From Phoronis australis (taxonomy: Eukaryota > Animalia > Phoronida): 64,000 nt of DNA. The notes under the pieces were generated by a model, which was not told the DNA's origin, did not search any database, and saw only the letters and a list, made by a program, of their open reading frames with translations. The position numbers and the translations under genes are program-made. Location of the stretch: the NCBI GenBank assembly GCA_002633005.1, contig NMRA01000669.1:78396-142395 (forward strand), given 5' to 3'. Below, one piece after another: positions 1 through 10,708 of this stretch (the stretch's first letter is position 1; every line of letters begins with the position of its first letter).

Positions 1-76
1 GTACTTGAAAATGAGTACAACAGGAAACAATACTTAATATACACAGGCAATATGAATGATTGCGTCTGCAGTAACA
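1..76 (-). repeat. 3' LTR, first 76 bp (truncated by window edge)
   Basis: Identical to 6843-6918 except one t/c. Begins TGTTACTGCAG on the minus strand directly after the PPT. Confidence 0.95.
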
Positions 77-88
77 TTACTCCCCCCG
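77..88 (-). other. Polypurine tract
   Basis: Minus strand reads CGGGGGGAGTAA immediately before the TG of the 3' LTR. Confidence 0.85.
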
Positions 89-184
89 AGAAAGCGGAGA
101 AAACTTCGCTGACCAAACACAATCAGATACTGCAGACACAATCAAAGAGGACAACCCAACAAAATACACGTGATATCACAGTTA

Positions 185-1600
185 CTAATCTTCAGAACAA
201 ATCAAAAGAACCGATTTATTTACAGGGCGCCAAAAGGTTGACGTCAATGTTTTAACATGACAGCTCCTTACGAGACCATTTTGATCAGTCACTAAGTCTG
301 TCACACGATCCATCTTCCAGTCACCGGGGAAGGCCTTCCTCCTTGATGAGTACAACATCATTCACTCTCATATTGCGACTTGGAACTTGCCACTTTCGAC
401 GACATTGCAATGTAGTCAAATACTCTTTTCTCCATCTTGTCCAAAAGAGATTCGCCAAGTATTGGGCGCGCCTCCAACGCTTACGTAAATAAACGTCTTC
501 TCGCTGAAACTTTCCAGGTGGAGGGAGCAATATCAGTGTCTTAAAAGTAAGAATGTTGCTCGGTGATAACGGATCCAAATCGTCGGGGTCACTAGATACA
601 GTTGTAAGGGGTCTTGAATTCACTATGGCCTCCGCCTCACACAATACTGTATGCAGAACGTAATCATTTAAGCGATCACATTCGCGCAATGTGGATGATA
701 ACACTTTCCGAACAGTGCGAATTTGACGTTCCCAAAGACCACCGAAGTTACTAGCAGTTGGCGGGTTGAACGACCAGTCAATATTTTCTGTCAACAAGTA
801 CCTCTGAATACGTTCCTGGTCCATTTCATCTATGGCTGCTCGTAACTCACGATCGGCTCCCACGAAGTTCGTTCCGTTGTCACTGAATATGGTATGAACT
901 GGCCCTCGTCTGGCCAAAAATCGGCGCAGAGCATTAATGAAGCAGTCAGTCTCAAGGCTTTTAACCACTTCTAAATGTATGGCTCGGCTAGAGAAACAAG
1001 TAAACATAACACCGTATCGCTTATACACCTTTCTACCTTCTTTAACTTGGAACGGACCTAACAAATCTGTGCCTGTTTACGTAAAAGGTGCTTGTGGAAT
1101 AGTGCGTTCAACAGGCAAATTGGCCATCTTTTGATCACATTCTTGACCACGTAGACGACGGCAAGTCACACATCTGTTAATAACTCTACGAACAGCAGCG
1201 TTGGCGGCAACAATCCAGAACTTCTCTCGTAAGGTTGAAAGAACATGATTCCGACCAGCGTGAGCCAAGCGCTCATGATAATGGCGAACAACAAGCGTTG
1301 TAACGTGTCTAGGCAGTACGATGGGATGCTTCATACCATCCTCTAGCAAAGTTTTACCGAGACGACCGCCAACACGTAACAAACCTCTGTCCAAGAAAGG
1401 GTCCAGCGTGATCAGCGGTGTACTTTTCTTGGCTCTACCGTTACCTTAGAGCCTTTCAAAATCATCTCTGAAGTATTGTCTCTGAGTAAATTTTAACACA
1501 TTGGCTTCCGCTTCATGCAACTCCTCAACCGCAAGTGGTGCTGACAACCAACTCTGGTCACTGGTGTCTCCATCTCTTTTTCGTTGCACCAACCATTTCT
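185..1600 (-). pseudogene. Disrupted integrase region of the BEL/Pao pol
   Basis: Motifs present: LLRVGGRL, HHCC zinc finger (HYHERLAH...CVTC), GTDLLGP, SDNGTNF, GGLWER, NSRPL, GLVRS. Broken by a frameshift near 1598, in-frame TAA at 1446-1448 and 1077-1079, and a frameshift near 322. Natural stop at 185-187. Confidence 0.9.
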
Positions 1601-4600
1601 ACTGAAGACAGCTACAGCTTTCTTTAACGGCAACCATTTAGAATAGTAATCAATCAATCGTTGCAAACCGCTAACACCTTCATTAGAACTCGTCGCATTC
1701 ACAAAAGTCGGAGAACCGGCAGCTTCATCACTAGGCACTGGAAACGCGCTTGGCTGAGGATAATAACAGTCACCAAACAACAAGAAATTGGGACCATTAA
1801 ACCAACTATCGTGACAGAGAAACTTCTCAGCATCTAAACCGCGTGACGCACAATCAGCTGGGTTAAATTCAGAACGCACATACCTCCACTGTGAAGGGTT
1901 GCTGAAGTCTAATATTTGCTGTACCCTGTTGGCGACGAAAACCGGGAACCTATTACTGCGACTGTGCACATAATACAGAACCGTCATAGAATCTGTGTGG
2001 AAGACCGATTTTGCCGGATCCAGGTCGAGTTCGTTGCACAGCATTCTCCCAATCTGTACGGACACTGTAGCGGCTGTAAGTTCCAGCTTGGGAATCGTCA
2101 TTCGTCTGAGAGGCGCGACCCTGGCTTTACCTAATAATAGAGAACAGTGAACAATACCATCATCGTTAACAATACGTAAATAAGCACAACACCCGTAACC
2201 GTCACTGCTTGCATCCGAAAACACGTGCAACTGCTGAAGAACGACGTTACTGAATTCTTGTGGGACGTAACAACGCCGAATGTTGACTTCCTCCATACGG
2301 GGTAATTCTGAAAGCCACTTCTGCCATCGTGCATGGTAAACTTCTGGAATCTCATCATCCCAATGTAGACCGTCTTCTTTACACAAGTCTTGCAACAGCT
2401 TCTTTGCTTGAAGCACAAATGGTGCTAAGAAACCGAGAGGGTCATAAAGCGAAGCAGTAGTGGATAAGATTGCCCTTCTGGTCATGTCCTTTGGTCTTAT
2501 CTTTATGGAGAAACCAAGATAATCCGATGACATCTTCCATTGAATGCCCAAAGCACGCTCTGTCGGCAAGCATTCGTAGTCCAAAGTTTTAGCTTGTAGT
2601 TCCTTGGACCTTTCTTCAACAGGGATGGAGTCTAGTAGCGCACGACTGTTACTGGCGAATTTTGTCAAGTGGAACCCTCCACTCAAGCACGCTTTGCAAA
2701 GATCTTTCACCAACCGAATAGCCTGCTCGTCACTGTTAACAGCCTTCAAGCAGTCGTCAACGTAAAAGTTTCGTTGGATCGTGGTTGCTACATCAGGATC
2801 GCAATTTTCGGCAGTTTTTCTGAGGGCGAAGTTAGACACACTAGGGGACGATGAAGCGCCGAAAAGATGTACCGTCATTCGGTAGTCCTCCAATCTGGTC
2901 TGTAAGTCACCGTCAGGCCACCAAACGAATCTTAGAAAATCTCGTTGGCATTCAGGTACCTTTACTTGGTAAAACATGGTCTCGATGTCTGCTGAAAACG
3001 CTATTTGTCCACCACGAAATCTTGTCAAAACACCGATGACTGAGTTGGTAAGATTTGGACCTTGAATCAACTGATCGTTTAAGGACGTGCCTTGAAACTT
3101 GGCTGCACAGTCGAACACCACCCTCAACTTTTTCTTCTGCGGATGGTACACACCATGGTGCGGGAGGTACCAAGTAAAACCTTTGCGACCTTGAACTTCC
3201 TTAGCTGGCACTTTCTCTGCATAACCCTTAGTTAAAAGATTGTCGATAAATGTCTTGTACTCGTTGTAGTACAAACTGTCTCCCATCATCTTTTTTCTTT
3301 GGTATGATGCTCTGTGGACAGCTTGTGATCTGTTGTAATTCATTACAATATTCTGATTTCTGAAAGGAAGTGGGATCTCAAAGTGGCCGTCGACATTCTT
3401 CACGCATTGGTTGGCACGATCCATGAACTCCAAGTCCTCTCTAGAGTGGCCCTTCTCATTCGGGTGCGAGCCAGCGATACAGTCCTTGAAGTCCATAGCA
3501 AGCGTGTTGATAACGTGTCCAGGATCCAGAAACGGAATTTCCTTCACAGAACAGGATTCAACAACTTGAATGCGATTACAGTACGTCATGTAGGCACCAA
3601 GAGGATTGTCGGAAATATGCACGACACCGTTGACTGTCCATCCGTGACGCAAGCGAACGGCAAATGGTCCATCACCTTCAGTAGGAACCACCTGTAACGG
3701 CTGAAGCGCAGAGGGGCAACTTGAACCTATAAGCAAACCAATGTAAATATTTGGCATTAATGGAGGAATATTTTGAGCAACCTCACGAAGATAATTGACT
3801 TTTTCGAGAACCTCCGGCGTAGGGATATGGCGAGTGTCCACTGGTATCTGCTCACGAGAGTAAGCTTTCTGGATCGTCAAAGGATTATGGCCGTTCATGT
3901 CAGTAACTTCCAGATCTTTTATAACCGTAGTATTCACATAATTGCGCCCGTGCATGGTGTGGAGATCGAGGGCAACTTCGTGACCTGTAGCATGTAAATC
4001 AGCTTTAAGACGATCTGTCAGGAAACATCCACTGCTACCATTGTCAAAGAATGCGTATGTCAGTACCTCAGTATCATTACCTTTCTGTCTAACACGAACT
4101 GGAATAATTTCATGAAGTGTTTTCTGATTGCAATCATCAAACGAAGGGGTGTGGCAGGTACTTACTTGAGCTGTTTGAAGATCGTGTGAAGAGGAGTTGA
4201 TCAACGACTTAGGTTGCGTACCTCGTGTGGGTGGTGCAGACACCTTGCGTTGCTGTCCCGAGACAACTGGTAACGCCGTCGGAGCATCAGAATCAAGGTC
4301 AGGGGTCGTTGGCGAATGTTTACCATACTCAAACTTGTTTGTATCGTTCGTCGCTGATCTCTCTACGTGAAGTGTAGTAGGGTGACTTTTAAAGCATTTT
4401 TCGCAAATGCGACGATTCGAACACCCTTTAGACACATGACCATAATGAAGGCAACCGAAACATAATTTCTTGTCCATTATGAACTTGCGTTTGTCATCCA
4501 TAGACAACGGTCTAAACGAATCACAATCATTTAAGTGGTGGTCCAGTAAACAATAATGGCACACTGGCGACTTTCTTTCACGTGATGGCGTCGTTTCCGT

Positions 4601-5989
4601 GGTGGCAGCAAAACTGGTCTTTGAATAAGTCAGCTTGGGTGGTCTTGCCGCAGCTTCCTTCCCGAAAATAGGGTCGTTGGCAGTCTCCGCAGCCTTCTGA
4701 ATGAAGCTTACAAGCCTGGCAAACGTGACATTTTTGCGTCGTTCATCGCTGTTCACAAAGTCGCGCCATTTGTTTTGCAGATACAATGGAAGTTTGTGAA
4801 CAATTGCTTGAAGATTAGGTATGTGATTCAACACCGACAAGTATTCAATCTTCGACATGGCGTGCTCACATTGTTTTAGAAAAACTGAAAATCGCTTAAT
4901 ACCACTGCAATCTTCAGGCTTAATTGCAGGCCATGAGTGGAGTTTATTCAAGAACGACGAAGCAACCTTGTACGGGTCACCGTATTCACGTTTCAAAGTT
5001 CGCCGTGCTTCTTTGTACCCATCTTCTGGATTCATGAAGAGACATCCGGCTACGAGTTCCTTTGCTTCGCCTCTTAAGTAAGAGTCCAAGTAGTATAAGC
5101 GCTCTGTGTCGGTTGAAGTCAGTGGTACAATTTGCGAATCGAATGCCATCTCGAATGTCAAAAAGGTCTTGATGTCTCCCGTAAACGTCATGAGATTTGG
5201 TGGCGGCAGACGTAATGTTGATAACATACGGGTCAATTCTTTATCGGAATTTTCAGGTTTAGAAATAAGAGACGTAGGTGGCATAACCTGAGCACCTGGA
5301 ACGCTCTGCTGGGGTAAACTAAATGCTTTTGATTTGACGCATGACCCGGAGTCATTGGTACTTGACGCAGCTTTCAGCACTGCCTCCTCGGCGTTTGCTT
5401 TGGCGATCCGGACATTCAGGGCAGACAACAAATGGTGACGTTTAGCTTCGATTTCGGCCTTTTTTAGCTCGGCCTCCATTTTTAACGACTCCTCCAATGC
5501 GGCCTTTTCAGCTGCCAAACCGGCGGTTGTCATGGCGGCTTTCAACCTGAGGGCGTGTGAACTTTCCGAGGATTTCTTAGAGCACGTTGACGAACGCCTA
5601 GAAGTCCCTCGCGAAGAAGCTTTAACTGAAACTTCGGATACTGAGTGAAGGTTTTGTTGAAGCGAATGTTCCGTTTCCATTACCCACTGGTGTACAGTAT
5701 CACAAAATTCATGAAACACTTGAATCTGATCGTGGTACTTCTGAGTCACTGTCTTACGATGTAACTCAGTTGTGATCAACGCTATATGACTCTGATAAGC
5801 GTCTGCAAAAACCTGTATATTATGACTAAATGTAACCAGTTCATCTTTGACTAGATGCAAGCGCTCTGGACTTTCCATTAACTTTTTCATTTTTGTCATC
5901 TGCCTTGTTGCCACAGCTTGAGTCGATGACTGTCGCATCTTCAAGTCATTTAACCTAAAGGTGTCAGCTGCTCCATCTTCAGACGACAT
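1493..5989 (-). CDS. gag-pol: BEL/Pao Gag-Pol polyprotein (Gag, zinc knuckles, aspartic protease, RT, RNase H), truncated before integrase
   Basis: 1498-aa ORF. Gag core LPPPNLMTFTGD; knuckles CHYCLLDHHLNDC, CFGCLHYGHVSKGC, CEKCFKSH; protease AFFDNGS; RT WYLPHHGV, LRVVFD, NFYVDD; RNase H LHVFSDAS, IPKLEL, NPADCASRG. The last ~35 aa are out of frame. Confidence 0.95.
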   Translation of the reverse strand: MSSEDGAADTFRLNDLKMRQSSTQAVATRQMTKMKKLMESPERLHLVKDELVTFSHNIQVFADAYQSHIALITTELHRKTVTQKYHDQIQVFHEFCDTVHQWVMETEHSLQQNLHSVSEVSVKASSRGTSRRSSTCSKKSSESSHALRLKAAMTTAGLAAEKAALEESLKMEAELKKAEIEAKRHHLLSALNVRIAKANAEEAVLKAASSTNDSGSCVKSKAFSLPQQSVPGAQVMPPTSLISKPENSDKELTRMLSTLRLPPPNLMTFTGDIKTFLTFEMAFDSQIVPLTSTDTERLYYLDSYLRGEAKELVAGCLFMNPEDGYKEARRTLKREYGDPYKVASSFLNKLHSWPAIKPEDCSGIKRFSVFLKQCEHAMSKIEYLSVLNHIPNLQAIVHKLPLYLQNKWRDFVNSDERRKNVTFARLVSFIQKAAETANDPIFGKEAAARPPKLTYSKTSFAATTETTPSRERKSPVCHYCLLDHHLNDCDSFRPLSMDDKRKFIMDKKLCFGCLHYGHVSKGCSNRRICEKCFKSHPTTLHVERSATNDTNKFEYGKHSPTTPDLDSDAPTALPVVSGQQRKVSAPPTRGTQPKSLINSSSHDLQTAQVSTCHTPSFDDCNQKTLHEIIPVRVRQKGNDTEVLTYAFFDNGSSGCFLTDRLKADLHATGHEVALDLHTMHGRNYVNTTVIKDLEVTDMNGHNPLTIQKAYSREQIPVDTRHIPTPEVLEKVNYLREVAQNIPPLMPNIYIGLLIGSSCPSALQPLQVVPTEGDGPFAVRLRHGWTVNGVVHISDNPLGAYMTYCNRIQVVESCSVKEIPFLDPGHVINTLAMDFKDCIAGSHPNEKGHSREDLEFMDRANQCVKNVDGHFEIPLPFRNQNIVMNYNRSQAVHRASYQRKKMMGDSLYYNEYKTFIDNLLTKGYAEKVPAKEVQGRKGFTWYLPHHGVYHPQKKKLRVVFDCAAKFQGTSLNDQLIQGPNLTNSVIGVLTRFRGGQIAFSADIETMFYQVKVPECQRDFLRFVWWPDGDLQTRLEDYRMTVHLFGASSSPSVSNFALRKTAENCDPDVATTIQRNFYVDDCLKAVNSDEQAIRLVKDLCKACLSGGFHLTKFASNSRALLDSIPVEERSKELQAKTLDYECLPTERALGIQWKMSSDYLGFSIKIRPKDMTRRAILSTTASLYDPLGFLAPFVLQAKKLLQDLCKEDGLHWDDEIPEVYHARWQKWLSELPRMEEVNIRRCYVPQEFSNVVLQQLHVFSDASSDGYGCCAYLRIVNDDGIVHCSLLLGKARVAPLRRMTIPKLELTAATVSVQIGRMLCNELDLDPAKSVFHTDSMTVLYYVHSRSNRFPVFVANRVQQILDFSNPSQWRYVRSEFNPADCASRGLDAEKFLCHDSWFNGPNFLLFGDCYYPQPSAFPVPSDEAAGSPTFVNATSSNEGVSGLQRLIDYYSKWLPLKKAVAVFSRNGWCNEKEMETPVTRVGCQHHLRLRSCMKRKPMC

Positions 5990-6151
5990 GATGAACTATT
6001 GATTTGGTCACTGCACGAACACTGAGCCTGACACTTTATTCGACCATGGTAACAATAGATATTGTTCCCCGAGAACCATTCGTCACGCTCCAGTATTCAG
6101 CTGGTCACCATAGCATTACACGGGTTACGTAACGCAGGCATGATTTTACTA

Positions 6152-6918
6152 TGTTCTGGCGCAGTGTCAGCGAACAATCGAGAGAAACACAGGTGATTCT
6201 ACGTACAGCATAATTCTTTTATTCGTGTGCCGTCAGTACATAGACAAACCCGTAAACTGAAATAAACAAAACCCTGAGTCACTACTACGAAATATAATAC
6301 AAGCACAGGCAGTGACAATATATACAAAACCGTTATTTACATCAACGAAGAAAATGTACAAGTAACGAAATGGCTACATCAGATAAACTGAATCTTATAT
6401 GAAAATACTATATACAAAAACGAACCTAATTCATACACAATACTGCCGTGAGACCGTGACGCAAACTAGATATGAAGTCACGCTAAACTTTTACAATAAT
6501 ATGAGCTAGAAACAGACTGGTTTGTGAATTGCAATATCAAGGTCGCAGCGAACAACGCCCAAACCCTCGACACGAACCACGAAGGACGAAATACGGCAAA
6601 GTAAATAAAGCGAAAATACTGAAACTACACGGGACACGAGAGAATGCATTGCACAAACCAGAATATAACGATAAGCAAAAGAACACTACTTACATCATGA
6701 AAACCCTGCAATCTCGACGATGAAACCAATGCCAGATGCATACACTGCACACAGATACGAAATACGAAATACGAATGAATGGAACTGGCGGGTAAAACGC
6801 TTTTAAATGTCAGTACCACGTGACAAGTTCACAATCTGGGGGGTACTTGAAAATGAGTACAACAGGAAACAATACTTAATATACACAGGCAATATGAACG
6901 ATTGCGTCTGCAGTAACA
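6152..6918 (-). repeat. 5' LTR (~767 bp)
   Basis: Outer end fixed by the match to 1-76. Inner end inferred from the GAACA terminus mirroring TGTTAC and from AATAAA (plus tttatt, 6218-6223) ~65 bp inside it. The outer flank is a (TA)n run. Confidence 0.85.
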
Positions 6919-7221
6919 ATATATATATATATATGTACATGTATATACATGTTGTGTGCAAGTGTGCTCAACCCCTTACAGATGCTGGTGTTAATGTTCA
7001 TCAGATGCAGGAATAATAATATTAAATCTCCAGCATCAAAACAATTAGAACATTTTAAATATCTAAAATTATTAAGATGTGTAATATTAGTGAAAATTAG
7101 GCAATTATGGCAGTGGTTTAAATTAGGTAATTTCTTCCACTTGTGTGTTTGGGTGTGAATATGCAAATGATTGATGTAGTATCAGTATAAGTAGGAATTA
7201 ATAATCTTCATACACGTAATA

Positions 7222-7350
7222 TACAACTTGTATATTGATCACGTCACGTGACCTACAGGTAAGTCTGAAAAGTTATCTCAGACCCGAAAGGGGAGTTATT
7301 TCCAGTCTTAAATCATAGGTCGTGTGATGTGATCAAGATAAACATGTATA
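7222..7350. repeat. Short foldback / MITE-like inverted repeat
   Basis: tattgatcacgtcacgtgaccta pairs imperfectly with taggtcgtgtgatgtgatcaaga about 60 bp downstream. Confidence 0.6.
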
Positions 7351-7472
7351 AAGACTAACGTCGTACAAATACGAAATAAACACGCTATTTCATATCAACA
7401 CAAGTATGCACGATGCTGTGTTGCTCAAACCTTCAAAAACTTGAGAGAATTAGCATTCCTCATCGAGGCGAT

Positions 7473-7580
7473 GATACCCGGTATTCTCACGATACACGGT
7501 ATTCTCACGATACCCGGTATTCTCACGATACCCGGTATTCTCACGATGCCCGGTATTCTCACGATACTCGGTATTCTCGC
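7473..7580. repeat. 18-bp minisatellite, 6 copies
   Basis: Unit gatacccggtattctcac at 7473, 7491, 7509, 7527, 7545 and 7563, with 0-2 substitutions per copy. Confidence 0.95.
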
Positions 7581-7621
7581 TCTCTTGTCTCTACTTGATC
7601 AGATGACCTACATATACATAC

Positions 7622-7750
7622 CTTTCCTTCCGTATCTTCGAATGATTCACCAACACCAGGTGCCGGTAGAAAGTCTCTCTGTTTCAGCAGGTCCAATTCT
7701 TTCGTCAAGATTTCCACCTTCACTTCGAGTTGTTTCTGTTTTTCTAAAGC
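7622..7750 (-). CDS. Candidate exon of unrecognised coiled-coil gene A (ALEKQKQLEVKVEILTKELDLLKQ...EGK)
   Basis: ttacag acceptor and AAG/gtatgt donor; 129 bp, phase 0-0; heptad pattern continues that of 10478-10708. Confidence 0.5.
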
Positions 7751-9976
7751 CTGTAATAAATTTTGTTTACATATCACCAGTTTGGTGTGACGTCATTGTA
7801 TGCTTTTCATGTTGATGTTGAGGAACTACGCCGTAAAAGAGAGATCTAAGACTTGCTTTTCTCGCAAGAAACTTGGTCTACCGAACGATCTTCTCAGTGC
7901 AGCCTTTCTTTGGTAAAGGTCTCTCGCTTCACTTGCGACTCCTAGTGAAATTCGAGTACTTCATTCAGAAAAACTAATCTTGCTAGAAATTTACATTTCA
8001 TTTCGTCATCGTGATGAGTGGCTAAATTCTTAAAATCAATAGTCCCAATCAGCCTAGTTTTCGTCAACTTGAAGGACGTCACAGCGAGGGTACAAAGTAC
8101 ATACCATTTTGCGAGAGCCCATTAATTTGGTAGTCATTCGGCCAATACCCATCTGATACCGTGTACTCATTTTGTAGGCCTACGCACTAGCAACCATTCA
8201 AATTGTTGTACCCATCTGGTACCTGAATGCATTTCTGTTTGTTCATGGTTCCCTGTGCTGATTTGGTACGTGCCACCGCTTCTGTGAGATAGGAGACCAA
8301 ATAAACTTCATCGAAAGCAACCTCGTGTTTTGTTACTCGCTCCAATAATAACAGATCTTATAGTTGAAAGTATCCAGTGTCACTTCCAAGACTACGTGGC
8401 AAGCGTTCACTTTTCGACACTGCGCCAACTCATCAAAAATGACAAAACTGATGTGAGGCTGTAAATTCACTACAATGCAAGTACTCTGGGTAGCGCATGA
8501 GTTTGTTTGAGCACATCTGGGGCTCTACCGAGCTAATCAATGTGAGAAAGCATAATCAAACAACCGAATCTTAAAGAATTTTACAGTCCGACGTCGCGTT
8601 TTACAAGAGAGGCAAATATGAGCCTGTGAGCTACATAAATACGTGTTCAGGACCGCAGGAGGTGGGGGGACGGAGGGCAAGGGGCCCCCCAAAAAATGTT
8701 CAGGCGTCTGGGTTAAACCGTGGCAACCGACAAAGACGTGGGACCGGGACAGTCGACACATGTGATAAACACTGGTGTCTTGACTACTATTTGTGATGAC
8801 CGTGTCAATGCATGTCGAAAGGGGGTACTCAAAGAACTCTCCCAATCACAAACAAACAGTTCAGCGTTTTTTCGTCTATGGAGTTCAAGTTTACCTAGTG
8901 AACCGTTATAGGTACCTTTGAAATGAGCAAAATACACGTTAATACGAATGCCCCAGCTCCCATATTCCCCGGTTACCCGTCAAGAGAGCAAGCATGCATG
9001 CGGAAATTGCTTATACATGTATAACACTCTTGTTTTGATAAACAAATTCGTTGGTTTCTGATTTACTTATTTACGTATCTGCGGAAATCAAAAGATTCAT
9101 AGAAGATTTTTGACAATTAGAAGCTAATCTTGGAAGAAATGATGATGTTTCAGTGAATTTAATTGTAGCCTGAATTTGGAAAAACTCAATGATCCGATCC
9201 AAATAGTAAATTACATTTGGACGATTTTTGAATATCTAAAACAGCTCTCAAATTCGGACTCACAAACCGTAGATAGAAAAAAACACGTTAAAAATCCTTA
9301 AATAAATAAAGTTAAACTCATTGCTTGGAAAGGTTGTCTTTGCACTTCATTGGTGTTTTAATTAGTTTCCAGTAGTATTGAGCAATGAATTTTTGTTCTT
9401 CAAAACTGAATTGCGTGCATGTCATGACTAACGTACTTACGTTGAAAATAAGATGTAAATTGGCAGTAGGCCCGGGCAGAATCACAGTGATCTACGGGAA
9501 CTGAATTTGAACTCCAGGCGTTCAAGAAGTGTGTGCATTTTTGAGAAACAGTATCCTTTTCCCCAGCCACCAGAAACTGGACTAGCGGTCGTGTTTTGAA
9601 TGAGCATTTTGAAATAGCCCCAAAGACAGTATACCAGGGTCTTCGGGACCTCACCTTTTCAAGAAAACTCCTTCAAGGAATGACCATAATAAAATAAAGT
9701 TTTCCCGAAACTGGATCACAATAAAACGAAACTTGACCTTAGGGCGAGCGCAGACGGCCGGTACGAGCTGCCTGTCTCAAGTTAATCACAGCTGAGCTGA
9801 TCAGCAAATAGTTTAGTTCATTGGGAATTTCGTATTTTCACACTGTTAGATCTCAGCTATAGCTACTTGAGGCAGCTCCTCGCTACAGGTCACTGTATTG
9901 CTCCTAGGCCCATTCTTACTCAACGTGTTGGTTCAGGGTTACTCAACTCTTGATGGCTTCATCCCCGGGATTGTCC

Positions 9977-10130
9977 CAGGGGTGGATCCAGGATTTTGAG
10001 TTGGGGACAGGGCGGATTATTAGTCAAGGTTTTACCCGTCTGAGGAATTCGCGCCCCTGAACTGCCAAATGGAATCTGAGAGGATTTTATGGGTGTCATG
10101 GCCCCTTGGACAGACCTAAATCCGCCTCTG
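9977..10130. mobile_element. MITE family A (CAGKGGCGGAT...ATCCGCCMCTG)
   Basis: TIRs present; flanks tgtcc/tgccc (4/5 TSD). Inverted homologue of 41070-41229; a partial copy lies at ~10940-11060. Confidence 0.8.
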
Positions 10131-10477
10131 TGCCCCCTACCTAGGGGGCGGACGTGGGAGATTCGGTACAAATATCGTGGCATCGGGATCACGGGGGCGA
10201 GGGGAGTTGCCGGAGGTGGTAGTGATGGGAGCGGGGGGGGGGTTATTTGGCCAAGTCGAAATGATTTGTGCACCCAACCCTCCCCCTCCCCCAATAATTT
10301 TTGCCTTCTTACGTGCCTGCTGTTATAAAACTTCCTTTAGTCAAAGAGATTAACTCTTGACTTAAATCGCATGGCATAATAATATTGGTGTCAAACTGCT
10401 CTTAAGATGCGATTTCTGGCCTCGGATAACTGTTACACGTAAATACGCCATCTAGGCTTCGGTACATGTATGTGTAC

Positions 10478-10708
10478 CTCCATAAGCTGTTTGTCTTTCT
10501 TGTCTTTCTCAACAAGTTCACAATGGACGCTTTTTAAGTTGTCTTCCAAGCGATTAAATTCTTTTTGGCTAATACATGGTTCTTGTTTAGGATAGCTTGA
10601 AGAGCCCGACGACGATTCACTGGCTGAACGTGTAAGACGTGGCTCTTGAGCGCTAAGTTGGACTTGTGACATCTTGTGGACAAAATCACTTTCCTCTGGT
10701 GACGCCAT
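10478..10708 (-). CDS. Candidate first coding exon of coiled-coil gene A (MASPEESDF...KDKQLME)
   Basis: ttttag acceptor just upstream (exon starts 10743), aacATGG start context and GAG/gtacac donor. 77 codons: Ser-rich, then coiled-coil-like. Confidence 0.5.

Larger units (their letters stand above)
1..6918 (-). mobile_element. BEL/Pao LTR retrotransposon (3' LTR runs off the window start)
   Basis: LTR direct repeat: 1-76 matches 6843-6918 at 75/76. LTR has TGTT...AACA termini and there is a PPT. One ORF has the order Gag - three Cys/His knuckles - protease - RT (FYVDD) - RNase H, followed by integrase, which is the BEL/Pao layout. Confidence 0.97.

Noticed and set aside
937-5291. Plus-strand ORFs within the retrotransposon
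   Set aside because: Short antisense shadows of gag-pol with no recognisable domains.
6100-6111. TGGTGACC as the primer-binding site
   Set aside because: It lies ~40 nt from the inferred LTR end and is not preceded by a CA terminus. Kept only as the alternative explanation.
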